A stretch of 64,000 nucleotides of DNA from Candidatus Poseidoniales archaeon. GTDB taxonomy: Archaea; Thermoplasmatota; Poseidoniia; Poseidoniales; Poseidoniaceae. Each line of letters opens with the position of its first letter. Within the stretch, counting starts at the first letter, position 1. The notes under the pieces were generated by a model. The model worked only from the letters and a program-made list of their open reading frames with translations. It did not search any database and was not told the DNA's origin. A program made the translations under genes and the position numbers. Location: the NCBI GenBank assembly GCA_038150305.1, contig JAYOTG010000001.1:97286-161285 (forward strand). Direction: 5' to 3'. Positions 18,666-28,231 of the stretch are shown here, one piece after another.

Positions 18666-18973
18666 GCGGGCACGTCGCCTTCGCCTTCGAGGACGATGTG
18701 AATGACGCTCACGCCGCGCTGACCGCCGCCGTCGCGGCGTTCGGTCATTTCCGTGGCGATGTCCACCGAGCGCACGTGCACGGTTTCGGGCAGGCCCGCA
18801 GCGATCGAGCCGTGACGACGGCGGCACAATTCCGCCGTGTCCACCGCGTTCCCGATGGCGGAACCCCGTGCGGTCAGTCGGACCACGCGGTCACCTGATT
18901 CCATGGCCATGACCACGGCGCGCACGTAGAGGTGAACGGGCTTTTTGCCCACGAAGATTTGGCGTTCGTCCAT
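18647..18973 (-). CDS. alba: Alba DNA/RNA-binding protein
   Basis: IFVGKKP...YV.AV, ARG.AI..AVD.AE and VS.I.I.L motifs. Confidence 0.9.
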   Translation of the reverse strand: MDERQIFVGKKPVHLYVRAVVMAMESGDRVVRLTARGSAIGNAVDTAELCRRRHGSIAAGLPETVHVRSVDIATEMTERRDGGGQRGVSVIHIVLEGEGDVPAQDEEE

Positions 18974-19031
18974 GGCAAGATGACGGGGGTCGTTGGATTC
19001 AACCTACCGGTGCAAAAACAGGGTACTGGAG

Positions 19032-19103
19032 TGCGAGCGCCGGGACTCGAACCCGGGTTCTAGCGTTGGCAACGCCAGGTGATAACCACTACACTACGCT
19101 CGC
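19032..19103 (-). tRNA. tRNA-Gly(GCC)
   Basis: Reverse complement GCGAGCG...TTGCCAA...GGTTCGAGTCC...CGCTCGCA folds as a cloverleaf, and CCA is not encoded. Confidence 0.95.
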
Positions 19104-19130
19104 GTGTGCATCCGTCCCACCGGGGCCGAG

Positions 19131-19136
19131 TATAAA
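19131..19136 (-). promoter_or_regulatory. TATA box of tRNA-Gly
   Basis: TTTATA on the minus strand about 28 nt upstream of the mature tRNA 5' end. Confidence 0.6.
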
Positions 19137-19165
19137 CGGTTGTCGGAGCAGGTGCGAATGCGCCT

Positions 19166-22100
19166 TCAGCGGTCCCCAAACCGGTCACCGCCGGCGCCTT
19201 CGCGGCGTGACAAACCGACGAGCAAGCCAACGACCACCACCACGAGGAGGCCCAAACCACCCCACAACAGCACGGGTGAAATCTCGTCGTTCTGGCCGCC
19301 TCCACCACCGTCTCCTCCGGCGTCGAGCCGCATGACGGTTGAGACCGTAGGGGCGACTTCCCCGTACGTGTCCGATGCGCGAATGAGCAGCTCATGGGCC
19401 CCGAGAGGGGTGCCCGTGCGGACGTCAAGGCATGCGGACCAGACGTCGTCGCCTGCTGCCTCGTCTGGGCCGAGGCCGTCGTTCCTCATCGAGGCCCAGC
19501 CTGCTTGTTCGCCAAGCGGCGTTAGCGTCCCTCGATTGATTTGGACGGCGTTGATGCCGTCTTGGTCGGTCACCTGCACGGTGTAGGGGACGCACGGGTC
19601 GCCTCGGCTTCCTTCATCGACCACAAGGGCCTCTGCCACGATGTCCGGGGCATCGTTCAACACGAGCAACCGTGACCAGCCGAGGTCAGCATCGTCCGGT
19701 TCGAGGAAAGGACCGACCAAGCCGCCTGACGCGCCGACGAGGACGGTGCGTGTGACCACCGCCGACGCGCCTTCTTGGTCTTCAACCGCCCAAGGCAGTG
19801 TCATCCAACCCGGTTGCACGCCTGAGGGGAGGGTGAATGCACCGCTCCATGTGGTGGTGCCGCTCACCTGAGCCAGGGGCACCAGCGCACCGCCAGACAG
19901 GCCGCTGAGGTCGACGGCCACGGAGGCCACGCCATGTTGGTCGACCACGTTGGCCTCCACAATCACCGCGCCGCCGCGCTGCACGCGGTCGGGCACCAGG
20001 TCGATGCTGATGATTCGAGGTGCAGGGTTGTCGATCTGCACCGTCGCGTTGTCGTAGGTCGTTGAGGTGAACGCGTCAACCACCGTCACAGGGGCGCTGA
20101 ACACGCCTGTGGTGATGTCGAGCACCGTGAGCGTGGTGGTCCAGCGGTCGTCGTCGACGGCTTGGTCGCCGTCTTGGCCACGATCGTTGAGCACCCGCAC
20201 GCCCAAGCCGAGCGCGGTCAAGTCGACCTCGACCCGCTCAAGGTTCCAATCCACGTCCACGACCTCGGCGACGAGCAGGCTGCTTCGTGCGCCCTCCGCG
20301 GCAGCCAATCCGTTCGGTTGGCTCAAGCCGAGGAAGACCGGAGGCGTGTTGCCCTCTGCGGTCACGACCGAAGGCGACAACACCCTGGCCAAGGTCTGTG
20401 ACTCGTTCAGCCAAGCGGTCTCCTCGCCTTCACCGTAAGGCACCTCGAGGCTCCGGGTCACGGAGGTGGAGAGCCCTTTGAGCGGACCTACGGCCACGAG
20501 GTGTCCGTGTGCTGTGCCATCGAATTCGTTGTAGGTCCCGGACCACTGCACGGTCTCGAAGGTCCGTCCGTCGGCGTCGTCGGTGCTGTAGGCCAGCACG
20601 TCCACGACGAGCTCCATGCCGGCTTGCTCAGCCAACAGGAAACGGTCGCCGGGGGCCGCAGGAATGGGCATCAATCCGGTTTCACGACCGACGGTCACGT
20701 TGCCGAGCCCTTCCACGGGCTCGGGAGCCTCAGGCTCGCGTGGAATTGGCGAGCGCTCAGGCTTCTCATCGCCTTCGGACGGGTCAGGACCGGACTGCTG
20801 CCAAATCACGCGGATGGTGCGGTTGTCGTGGTCGATGTCCACCACGTCGTAGGACCACGATTCGTTGTGGTGGGCGCCAAGGCCCTGATTGCCAAAGAAG
20901 GAGCCTCCGTTGAGGCCGGTGAAGTTGAACCATTCTTCCTGATGGATGATGTGCACCCGATGGACAACGCCTGAGGCGTTTTCTGCGTCCAGCGTTGTTT
21001 CGATGTCGCGGAGGATCCCGAACGTGCCCTCCGCGTCGCCGGTCAAAACCCCGTCCACGTGGAGGCGGTCGGCCACGACCTCTCCGTCCTCGCTCCACTG
21101 GTGAAAGTCGTGAACGGTCCCGTTGATGGCCACCGTCGCGTTTTCATCCTGCTCGACGAAACCAAAGGTTCCCGAACCACGGATGCGTTCGAGTTGGTCC
21201 ACGCGGGCGCCGTCTTCCCAACGCTGCAGGGATTGGAAGGCTTCGAGGTCGAGGTCCATGCGGGTCCCGTCCTCGATGAGCGTGAAGTCGGCCGTGGCCT
21301 CGATCTGCTGGTGGTCGAGCCGACGCACACCGTCTTCGTCCCACAGTTCAAGCACGAGCACCGCAACGGTTCCGTCGATGTCGAGCGACCCTTCGCTCTC
21401 GTTGGCATCGATGGTGTGAACATCCAGTGAGCCGTTCGCCTCGATGCGGAGACGTTCGCTCACGAGGCCGTTGATCACCGAGCGGTTCAGGGTCGCATCG
21501 CTGACGGTAGCGGCAACTTCTGTTCGCGCTCCGTCAATGTCGTCGATGAGCGTCAATGTGCCAAAGCCCGAGGCATCGAAAACGCTGGCTTGGAGGACGC
21601 CGGCCGTGCTGGATTCGTTCCGCCACACCCGGTCCAGGACGAGGTCGAGGTCAATGGTCGAGTTGTCGGCGGTCTCGAGCATCACCAAACGGCCGTCTCC
21701 AAGTTCCCACGCCGTCAGCATTTCACCCACGCGCTCTTGCCAGCCATGGCCGTCAAATTCGAGGAAGAAACGCTGCGGAGCGCCGTCGTTCACGGTGCTC
21801 TGGTCCAAGGTCCAATTCGATGAAGTGGTGATTTCGTGGTCGGCGAGGGGCTGGTTCCAGCGACCGACCTGCACCGTTCGCTCCACGGTGGGCCAGTCCA
21901 CTGGAACGCCGTCCATGCCCACGACATCCACCACGAGGTCCACCGTGTCGTTCCACGCCAGCGATTGGTTCACGACCAAGGTCGCGACCGACCGGCCGTC
22001 CTCCACCGACCATGTCGTGGTCAGGTTGGTGTCGAGCGGGTTGCCGTTGCGCGAGTGGACCAGATTGACCTCGATGTCGTAGGATGCATCGTCGCCCATG

Positions 22101-22237
22101 ACCAAGCGGTAAGCGTGGTCGTCCGCCTCGTGGCCCCAGTCCACGTGCAAGGCTGGACTGGACGCAGGTTCCTCAGCGTTGACCGGGAGGACCGCCACCA
22201 CCAGGAGCAGAAGCATCAGCAGGGCACGCCGTTGCAT
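19166..22237 (-). CDS. Large cell-surface protein (signal peptide, beta-rich domains, choice-of-anchor-X-like Ig repeats, C-terminal TM anchor)
   Basis: N-terminal signal, the motifs LNDRGQDGDQAVDDDRWT and MRNDGLGPDEAAGDDVWS, and a Gly linker, TM and basic tail at the C-terminus. Confidence 0.75.
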   Translation of the reverse strand: MQRRALLMLLLLVVAVLPVNAEEPASSPALHVDWGHEADDHAYRLVMGDDASYDIEVNLVHSRNGNPLDTNLTTTWSVEDGRSVATLVVNQSLAWNDTVDLVVDVVGMDGVPVDWPTVERTVQVGRWNQPLADHEITTSSNWTLDQSTVNDGAPQRFFLEFDGHGWQERVGEMLTAWELGDGRLVMLETADNSTIDLDLVLDRVWRNESSTAGVLQASVFDASGFGTLTLIDDIDGARTEVAATVSDATLNRSVINGLVSERLRIEANGSLDVHTIDANESEGSLDIDGTVAVLVLELWDEDGVRRLDHQQIEATADFTLIEDGTRMDLDLEAFQSLQRWEDGARVDQLERIRGSGTFGFVEQDENATVAINGTVHDFHQWSEDGEVVADRLHVDGVLTGDAEGTFGILRDIETTLDAENASGVVHRVHIIHQEEWFNFTGLNGGSFFGNQGLGAHHNESWSYDVVDIDHDNRTIRVIWQQSGPDPSEGDEKPERSPIPREPEAPEPVEGLGNVTVGRETGLMPIPAAPGDRFLLAEQAGMELVVDVLAYSTDDADGRTFETVQWSGTYNEFDGTAHGHLVAVGPLKGLSTSVTRSLEVPYGEGEETAWLNESQTLARVLSPSVVTAEGNTPPVFLGLSQPNGLAAAEGARSSLLVAEVVDVDWNLERVEVDLTALGLGVRVLNDRGQDGDQAVDDDRWTTTLTVLDITTGVFSAPVTVVDAFTSTTYDNATVQIDNPAPRIISIDLVPDRVQRGGAVIVEANVVDQHGVASVAVDLSGLSGGALVPLAQVSGTTTWSGAFTLPSGVQPGWMTLPWAVEDQEGASAVVTRTVLVGASGGLVGPFLEPDDADLGWSRLLVLNDAPDIVAEALVVDEGSRGDPCVPYTVQVTDQDGINAVQINRGTLTPLGEQAGWASMRNDGLGPDEAAGDDVWSACLDVRTGTPLGAHELLIRASDTYGEVAPTVSTVMRLDAGGDGGGGGQNDEISPVLLWGGLGLLVVVVVGLLVGLSRREGAGGDRFGDR

Positions 22238-22281
22238 GATTCGACCTTAGCCGGCTCCCTCAAGAGGGTTGGGGGATGATG

Positions 22282-23241
22282 TTAGGCATCGAGGACGTAT
22301 CCCAAAAGGAGCGGGAGCACCAGCGTTGCATCGGATTCGATGACAAAACGTGGGGTTTCTGGAAGCAGTTTGCCCCAGGTGATTTTCTCGTTTGGAGGGG
22401 CTCCGGAGTAGCCACCAAAGGAAGGTGTGGATTCGCTGATCTGCGCAAACCACGACCAGTGCGGGACGTCTTCACCCAGGTCTTGGCGCAACATGGGCAC
22501 GGTGCAGATGGGAAAGTCACCCGCGATACCGCCACCCACTTGGAGGAAGCCCACGGGTCGGGTTTGGGCGCGGTACCATGTCGCAAAGCGGAGCATGTAG
22601 TCCACGCCACTTCGGACGACGTCGGTGCTCTTGAGGGACCCAGAGAGGACGTGAGAGGCCATGATGTTGGCCAACGTGGAATCCTCCCAACCGGGAACGA
22701 CCAGCATCAGGTCATCCTTGGCCGCAGCCCGCAACCAGGAGGTGCCGGGGTCGGATTGGAAGGAGTCGTCCAGGACGCCGTCGTTCAGCAGCCCGTACAG
22801 GTACTCGTGGGGAAGGTGCCGTGCCTGGTCAACCTCTGCCGCTTGCCACCGCTTGAGCAAGTGGTGTTCAACACGCCTGAAGGCCTCTTCTTCCGGAATG
22901 CAGACGTCGGTCACCCGGTTCATGCCACGCGCAAGCAGCGCGGCTTCGTCTTCCGCGGAAAGGCCGCGCCAATCCGGGACCGATTCGTAGTGGTCCAAGG
23001 CCACCAAACGGAACAGGTCTTCCTCGAGGTTGGCACCCGTGCATGAGATGGCCCCGATGTGACCGGCACGGATCATTGGCGCGATGCTGCGGCCTAGGCC
23101 CGCCGTGCTCATGGCGCCGGCAAGGGTCAGCACGAGAACGCCGCCTTCTTCCAAAAAGGCCGTCAGGCTCCGTGCCGTGTCCCGAAGAGCGCCAGCGTTG
23201 AAGTGCTGGTAGTGCTCCTCAACAAAGGCACGGACGGACAT
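22282..23241 (-). CDS. Deoxyhypusine synthase-like protein (bacterial SpeY / homospermidine synthase type)
   Basis: HFNA, AGAMST, CTGANLEED, GGGIAGDF and GGYSGAPPNEKITWGK with the catalytic Lys. Confidence 0.88.
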   Translation of the reverse strand: MSVRAFVEEHYQHFNAGALRDTARSLTAFLEEGGVLVLTLAGAMSTAGLGRSIAPMIRAGHIGAISCTGANLEEDLFRLVALDHYESVPDWRGLSAEDEAALLARGMNRVTDVCIPEEEAFRRVEHHLLKRWQAAEVDQARHLPHEYLYGLLNDGVLDDSFQSDPGTSWLRAAAKDDLMLVVPGWEDSTLANIMASHVLSGSLKSTDVVRSGVDYMLRFATWYRAQTRPVGFLQVGGGIAGDFPICTVPMLRQDLGEDVPHWSWFAQISESTPSFGGYSGAPPNEKITWGKLLPETPRFVIESDATLVLPLLLGYVLDA

Positions 23242-23243
23242 GC

Positions 23244-23693
23244 TTACGCCTCCTTAGGATGCAGGAACCGATCCAACACCACGCGTTGCCGGACCACGAG
23301 ACTGGGCATGTCAGCCATGAAGGAGTTGAGGACATCGTCGACGAGGCCTTCAGCATCGGTCCCCCCACAGGTGAAGCAATCGATGGCCAACCAACCGCGG
23401 TCGGCGTAGCAATGCGCGCTGAGGTGGCTCTCGTCCAAGAGGACCACTGCGGCGAAGCCGGGTGGAGAGAGTGAACCGTCGAACACCTCGGCATGCGCGT
23501 GGACGTTTCGGGCTCCCGAACGCGCCACAGCATCTTCCAACACGGAGAGGACCCACGCCGCTTCGTCGGGGCCCGGCGAAGCGTATCCTGTGAGGTCGAG
23601 CACGACGTGTTGGCCGTGGGCGGCGAGGGCATCCTTGGACGTCAACGCGCGCCGGACCGTCAAATTGGATTTGAATCCATCAGTTCGGAACAC
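23244..23693 (-). CDS. speD: Pyruvoyl-dependent decarboxylase proenzyme, SpeD/AdoMetDC class 1b family
   Basis: GQH...DL.G, LLDE/SH self-cleavage site, H.Y and DCFTCG motifs. The start is uncertain (GTG 23693 or TTG 23645). Confidence 0.85.
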   Translation of the reverse strand: MFRTDGFKSNLTVRRALTSKDALAAHGQHVVLDLTGYASPGPDEAAWVLSVLEDAVARSGARNVHAHAEVFDGSLSPPGFAAVVLLDESHLSAHCYADRGWLAIDCFTCGGTDAEGLVDDVLNSFMADMPSLVVRQRVVLDRFLHPKEA

Positions 23694-24687
23694 CTTGGGT
23701 GAAGGTATGACGGTTCATCGGAGCCCGGTCCCCCGCATGCCCGGCTGCGGCCTTCTCCCAACGGCCTGCTCGGCGTGCTGAAACGTGGGCTCCGACGATT
23801 TTCGTGGCCACCATCGCGGCCGTGAACTGGGTCAAAGGGCTGCCCTCTTGGCGTGCAATCTCGTTCACGTCCGCGCTGATGACGGTCGCCTTGGGTGCCG
23901 CGAACACCGCCTCAATGGCCTGAACGGCGTGCCAAAACGTCAGGCCACCAGGCACCGGCGTACCGGTCGCAGGCACCAAGGTACCGTCCAAGCCATCGAT
24001 GTCAAAGGTCAGATGGACGGGCCCTTCCAGGCCCTTCAGCACCTCGATGAACGACGCCCAGTTCGCTTCGCCCCCGCATGGCGCCATGACGTCCCGAGCA
24101 AACCACGTCGTGATGCGTGCGTCGTCGTCAATGCGCTGCTGTTCCTCGAGGCTGTGCGCGCGAACGCCCACCTGAAGCAGGCGGCCGACGCCGAGGTCGA
24201 GGGCACGCGCGGCGGCGCTCGCGTGGGAGAAGGGCTCTCCATCGAGCTGGCTTCGGAGGTCAGCGTGTGCGTCGATTTGCACCACGGTCAAACGACCGAG
24301 ATCGCCTTCCACCGCTGGGTGATCGCGCAACGCCGCAAGCAGTGGAGGGAGGATGCCGTGTTCGCCTCCGAGGGCCATCGGAAACACGTCCCCGGCGCAC
24401 CACGGTCGAAGGAAGGCTTCCATGTCGTCCAGTTGACCGAGGAGCGAACCAGCCTCAGAGGACCACGGCTTTTCGGTCCGAAACACGAGGCCTGCGGGCA
24501 GGTCCTCGCCAAGCATGACCTCGTGCACTTCGACTTGGGCGCTGGCCTCCAGGCACGCCATTGGACCCTCCGCCGTGCCTTGGCCATAGGACGTGGTCAA
24601 TTCGTACGGGAGCGGGAGGACCACGACGTCCGGTGCTGCTTCGCCGTCCTCGGGCAAACCGAGGAAGGTGGGCAGGCCATCGTCCAT
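23680..24687 (-). CDS. speB: Agmatinase (ureohydrolase)
   Basis: TTSYGQGT..GP, GGEH, DAHAD, SHA, DIDGLD and TGTPVPGG motifs. Confidence 0.92.
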   Translation of the reverse strand: MDDGLPTFLGLPEDGEAAPDVVVLPLPYELTTSYGQGTAEGPMACLEASAQVEVHEVMLGEDLPAGLVFRTEKPWSSEAGSLLGQLDDMEAFLRPWCAGDVFPMALGGEHGILPPLLAALRDHPAVEGDLGRLTVVQIDAHADLRSQLDGEPFSHASAAARALDLGVGRLLQVGVRAHSLEEQQRIDDDARITTWFARDVMAPCGGEANWASFIEVLKGLEGPVHLTFDIDGLDGTLVPATGTPVPGGLTFWHAVQAIEAVFAAPKATVISADVNEIARQEGSPLTQFTAAMVATKIVGAHVSARRAGRWEKAAAGHAGDRAPMNRHTFTQGVPN

Positions 24688-24835
24688 GGTTGGCGGGCAG
24701 GGTCGGTCATCAAGAGCGTTCGCCCGAGGGGGCTTCCGGCAACGAAAGGCCGATGTCCGGAAGAGGGTTGATATAGGGTGTCGAACAATATACAGTACCG
24801 TTGCGGAGTAGAATTCGCGGCGAGGTGGGACGGAC

Positions 24836-25255
24836 ATGAGCATGACCCTGAGAGACCTCACGCGTGCCATCCAACAGCACATCGACACCGACATGGACGT
24901 CGAGGTCGCACGCGGCATGGCCGAGCACGCGCTGGGCTTCTTTGGGTTCTACAACCGGATCATCGACAACGCGCTCGAGCCAAACGACCGCAACCTGTTC
25001 TACATGTTCCAAGATTGGGACCTTCTGACGACTGAGTCCGAAGAAACCACCCTGTGGGACGGACGCGAGTGGAGGATCCACTACTGGAAGTTCAAGCCCG
25101 ACCTCCGCGAGCGTGTGGAGGCCTACATGCAGCGCAGCCTCGACACCGAAGAGGTCGACCCGTACGCGGACGTCTACGCCGGAGATGCGGCGATGATCTG
25201 GACGCGTGAATCGGAGCGCATCGCCAACCCCAACGCCTTCACGTCCGACTGGTGA
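24836..25255 (+). CDS. DUF6015-like protein (Thermoplasmata conserved)
   Basis: FFG...RIIDN.LEP.DR..FY..D..LL.T..EET.L.DGR.WRIHYW pattern, with a GAGGTG SD. Confidence 0.7.
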   Translation: MSMTLRDLTRAIQQHIDTDMDVEVARGMAEHALGFFGFYNRIIDNALEPNDRNLFYMFQDWDLLTTESEETTLWDGREWRIHYWKFKPDLRERVEAYMQRSLDTEEVDPYADVYAGDAAMIWTRESERIANPNAFTSDW

Positions 25256-25295
25256 AGGTGGGAAGGGTCATCAGACCCAAGCCCGTCGGCGTTCC

Positions 25296-26687
25296 ATGCG
25301 CGGCCGTGCTTTGCTGCTGGTCATGGTGCTCCTCGCACCGTTGGCGGCTGGAACGGTTCAAGCGCAGTGGCCCGAGGTCGTCGCTGAAGAAGCGTGGCCT
25401 GGCGAGCCCATCGACAACCACGTGCACATGACGTGGGCGGCGCTGACCTTGGAGGTCAACGGATGGGCCGACGATCATCCTGACATCGTTGACCTGATGG
25501 ATGTTGGTGATTCTGAACTCGGGCGGACCCTCTGGGTCGTTCGCCTGTCGGATTGGTCGATGGACACCAAACCGAATGGAACGGCGAAAGAAATCATCTA
25601 CATCGACGGCGGACACCACGGCAACGAATACCTCGGTACGGCGCTGGCCTACCTCACGGCGAAATTCTACATCAACGAGTGGGAGGCCGGCAATCAGGAA
25701 GCCATCGATGTCTTGCAAAACACGGAGTTGCACATCCTCATCATGCTCAACCCCGACGGCAACGACATCGACACACGATGGAACATCAATCAAGTCGATC
25801 TGAACCGGAATTACGACCACTATTGGAACACGTGCCCAACCACGCAACCTGGCAGCAGCGCCTTCAGCGAGTCCGAAACCATGCACAATTCAGACTACAT
25901 GAACGCCTACGTCACCGATGCCGACCTCTACGTCACCATGCACACGGGCGTGTGGATCATGCTCTACCCGTGGGGCAAGTGGGCCGACCAGCCCCCCGAC
26001 TGGGAGTTGTTCTGGGGCATCCGGGAAGACGTCCACGCCACCGTCTCGGACATCCCCATCCAGAACGCCAACCAAGGCCTCTATCCGAACTGCGGCACCA
26101 GCCGCGATTACGGGTATGGCGTGATGGGCTTCCCGACCTTTACCTTCGAAACCGACGACGAACAATTCGTGCCGGGGAGTTTCGAATCCTTGCACAGTCG
26201 ACTAGCCGAGGAACTTGACGTCATGCGCTTCCTGATCAACAACGTCTGGTACTGGAGGGCAAGACTTGACGTCGCCTCACTCGAAGTCAGCGAGGACAGT
26301 GTTTCCCTTGACGTGACGAACCACGGCTACGCGAGCACCACCAACGCCTCCCTCGAATACCGGCTTGAGGACGGGAGCGTCGCGTGGGCGTCCTCCCTGT
26401 TCAACGTCAACGCCACCACCTCGAAGACCGTGGACCTGGCGTTTGAGTCCACCCTTCTCAGCCCAGGAGGATCGTGGAACCTGAACTATCAGAAGCGCGT
26501 CATCGACGCATCAACATGGGTGAACGAAAGCGTCCCGGCCGAAGCCGTCGATGAATCCGGCGCGGCGGGCGGTGAGTCCATGCCGATCGCCACGGCACCG
26601 CTGCTCGTGGTCTCCCTGCTCGCGGCCATCGTGGCCGAGCGTCGGAGCGGCCGCGAAGGCCGCGCCGAAGATGCGACCGAGGGTTGA
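25296..26687 (+). CDS. Secreted, membrane-anchored M14 zinc carboxypeptidase
   Basis: Signal peptide, GGHHGNE (HxxE), NPDG, DLNRN, MHTG and catalytic E in TFE, plus a C-terminal hydrophobic anchor. Confidence 0.88.
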   Translation: MRGRALLLVMVLLAPLAAGTVQAQWPEVVAEEAWPGEPIDNHVHMTWAALTLEVNGWADDHPDIVDLMDVGDSELGRTLWVVRLSDWSMDTKPNGTAKEIIYIDGGHHGNEYLGTALAYLTAKFYINEWEAGNQEAIDVLQNTELHILIMLNPDGNDIDTRWNINQVDLNRNYDHYWNTCPTTQPGSSAFSESETMHNSDYMNAYVTDADLYVTMHTGVWIMLYPWGKWADQPPDWELFWGIREDVHATVSDIPIQNANQGLYPNCGTSRDYGYGVMGFPTFTFETDDEQFVPGSFESLHSRLAEELDVMRFLINNVWYWRARLDVASLEVSEDSVSLDVTNHGYASTTNASLEYRLEDGSVAWASSLFNVNATTSKTVDLAFESTLLSPGGSWNLNYQKRVIDASTWVNESVPAEAVDESGAAGGESMPIATAPLLVVSLLAAIVAERRSGREGRAEDATEG

Positions 26688-26721
26688 AGTGCCACCCCTC
26701 GGTCCACGACTGGGAATCCAC

Positions 26722-28218
26722 ATGCGCATCGAAATCAGCCCGAGCAACACGCTGCACGGCACCCTCATTCTGCCCCTCACGCAAGGCGACGACGTCGCCG
26801 ACGCCAGCCTCACTGGCGTGCCATCCGCGCTCAAGGCGCAGATCGCCAACGCGCTCAGCGACGGCGACTTCAAGGGCAAGAAGGGCGAAATCCTCGCGCT
26901 GGTCGGAACCGGAGAAGGACGTGCTCTGCTCGTGGGTCTTGGCAAAGCGAAGGACCTCAGCCGTGACGTTTGGCGCGACACCGGCGCCAAGGTCACGGCC
27001 GCCATGAAGCCCAGCCACGGCAAGGAGTTCACCGTCGCGGCTGAAAACGGCGACATGCACGACCTTGCAGCGATGGCCGAGGGCATGATGCTCCGTGACT
27101 ACAGCTACGACGTCTACATCACAAAGGACGATGAGGACGACGAAGACGACAGCGAGGCCGTCGTTCGCTTCGCCTGCGAAGACGAAGACACCGAACCGCT
27201 CGCAGCCATCGTCAAGCGCATGTCCGGTGTCGTGAAGGGTGTCCACCGCTCTCGTGACCTCGGGAACTGCCCCCCCAACGACCTCTACCCGATGGCCTAC
27301 GCACGTCAAGCGATGGAGTTCGCCGAGACCTCCGACCGGCTCAACGTGTCCGTCATCACCTACGAGGAAGCCCTTGAACGCGGCATGGGCGGCTTGGTGG
27401 CCGTCGGCATGGGGTCCTCCCGCAAGCCCTGCATGGTCATCTTCGAGCTCAACGCCGAACAAGGCGGTCGGGCCCCCGTCATCGTTGGCAAGGGCATCAC
27501 CTTCGACACCGGTGGCATCTCGATCAAGCCAAGCCCCTCCATGGACGAAATGAAGTACGACATGGGCGGCTCTTCGGTCGTCTTTGGGCTGATGCAGGCC
27601 CTCGTCGAGACCGGCTGGGAAGGCAAGGTCACGGGCATCGCCTGCATGGCCGAAAACATGCCTGCCGCCAACGCTCAGCGCCCAGGTGACGTGATTCGTA
27701 CCTACTCTGGCAAGACCATTGAGGTGCTCAACACCGACGCCGAGGGACGCCTTGTCCTCTCTGATGGGCTTTGGAAGGCCGGAGAGTACGACCCGGAGTA
27801 CATCATCGACCTCGCGACCCTCACCGGTGCGTGCGTCGTGGCCCTCGGTCACGAAGCCACGGGCCTCTGGTCCAACGACGACGACCTGCGCGCTCGTATT
27901 CACGAAGCGGGCAACGCGGTGGGCGAATTGGCCTGGCCGATGCCGCTGCTCCCCGCCTTCGAGAAGGAAATGACCGATTCCAAGATCGCCGACACCCGCA
28001 ACCTCGGGGCCGGTCGATGGGGCGGCGCCAACACCGCAGCCGCCTTCCTGAAGCAATTCGTCCCCAGCCGCGGCAAGGGTGACGACAAGGAGCAGATTCC
28101 TTGGGCGCACATGGACATCGCAGGCACGTACTGGGGCGCCAAGACCAACGCCACGGTCAAGCACGGGGCGACGGGCGTGCACGTTCGAACCCTGCACCAC
28201 CTGATCACGGGCGAGTGA
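26722..28218 (+). CDS. pepA: Leucyl aminopeptidase (M17)
   Basis: VGKGITFDTGG, MKYDMGG, NTDAEGRL, ATLTGA and W.H.DIAG motifs. Confidence 0.95.
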   Translation: MRIEISPSNTLHGTLILPLTQGDDVADASLTGVPSALKAQIANALSDGDFKGKKGEILALVGTGEGRALLVGLGKAKDLSRDVWRDTGAKVTAAMKPSHGKEFTVAAENGDMHDLAAMAEGMMLRDYSYDVYITKDDEDDEDDSEAVVRFACEDEDTEPLAAIVKRMSGVVKGVHRSRDLGNCPPNDLYPMAYARQAMEFAETSDRLNVSVITYEEALERGMGGLVAVGMGSSRKPCMVIFELNAEQGGRAPVIVGKGITFDTGGISIKPSPSMDEMKYDMGGSSVVFGLMQALVETGWEGKVTGIACMAENMPAANAQRPGDVIRTYSGKTIEVLNTDAEGRLVLSDGLWKAGEYDPEYIIDLATLTGACVVALGHEATGLWSNDDDLRARIHEAGNAVGELAWPMPLLPAFEKEMTDSKIADTRNLGAGRWGGANTAAAFLKQFVPSRGKGDDKEQIPWAHMDIAGTYWGAKTNATVKHGATGVHVRTLHHLITGE

Positions 28219-28231
28219 ACACCACGCCGCA

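Noticed and set aside
24733-24765. CTTCCGG...CCGGAAG inverted repeat between speB and the DUF6015 gene
   Set aside because: A 7-bp stem with a long loop is expected by chance at this GC content, and there is no other support.
26500-28200. Long antisense ORFs opposite pepA (also opposite pyrG 38864-40396, thrS and serS 53483-54826)
   Set aside because: Shadow frames with V/H/G-rich composition and no recognisable family.
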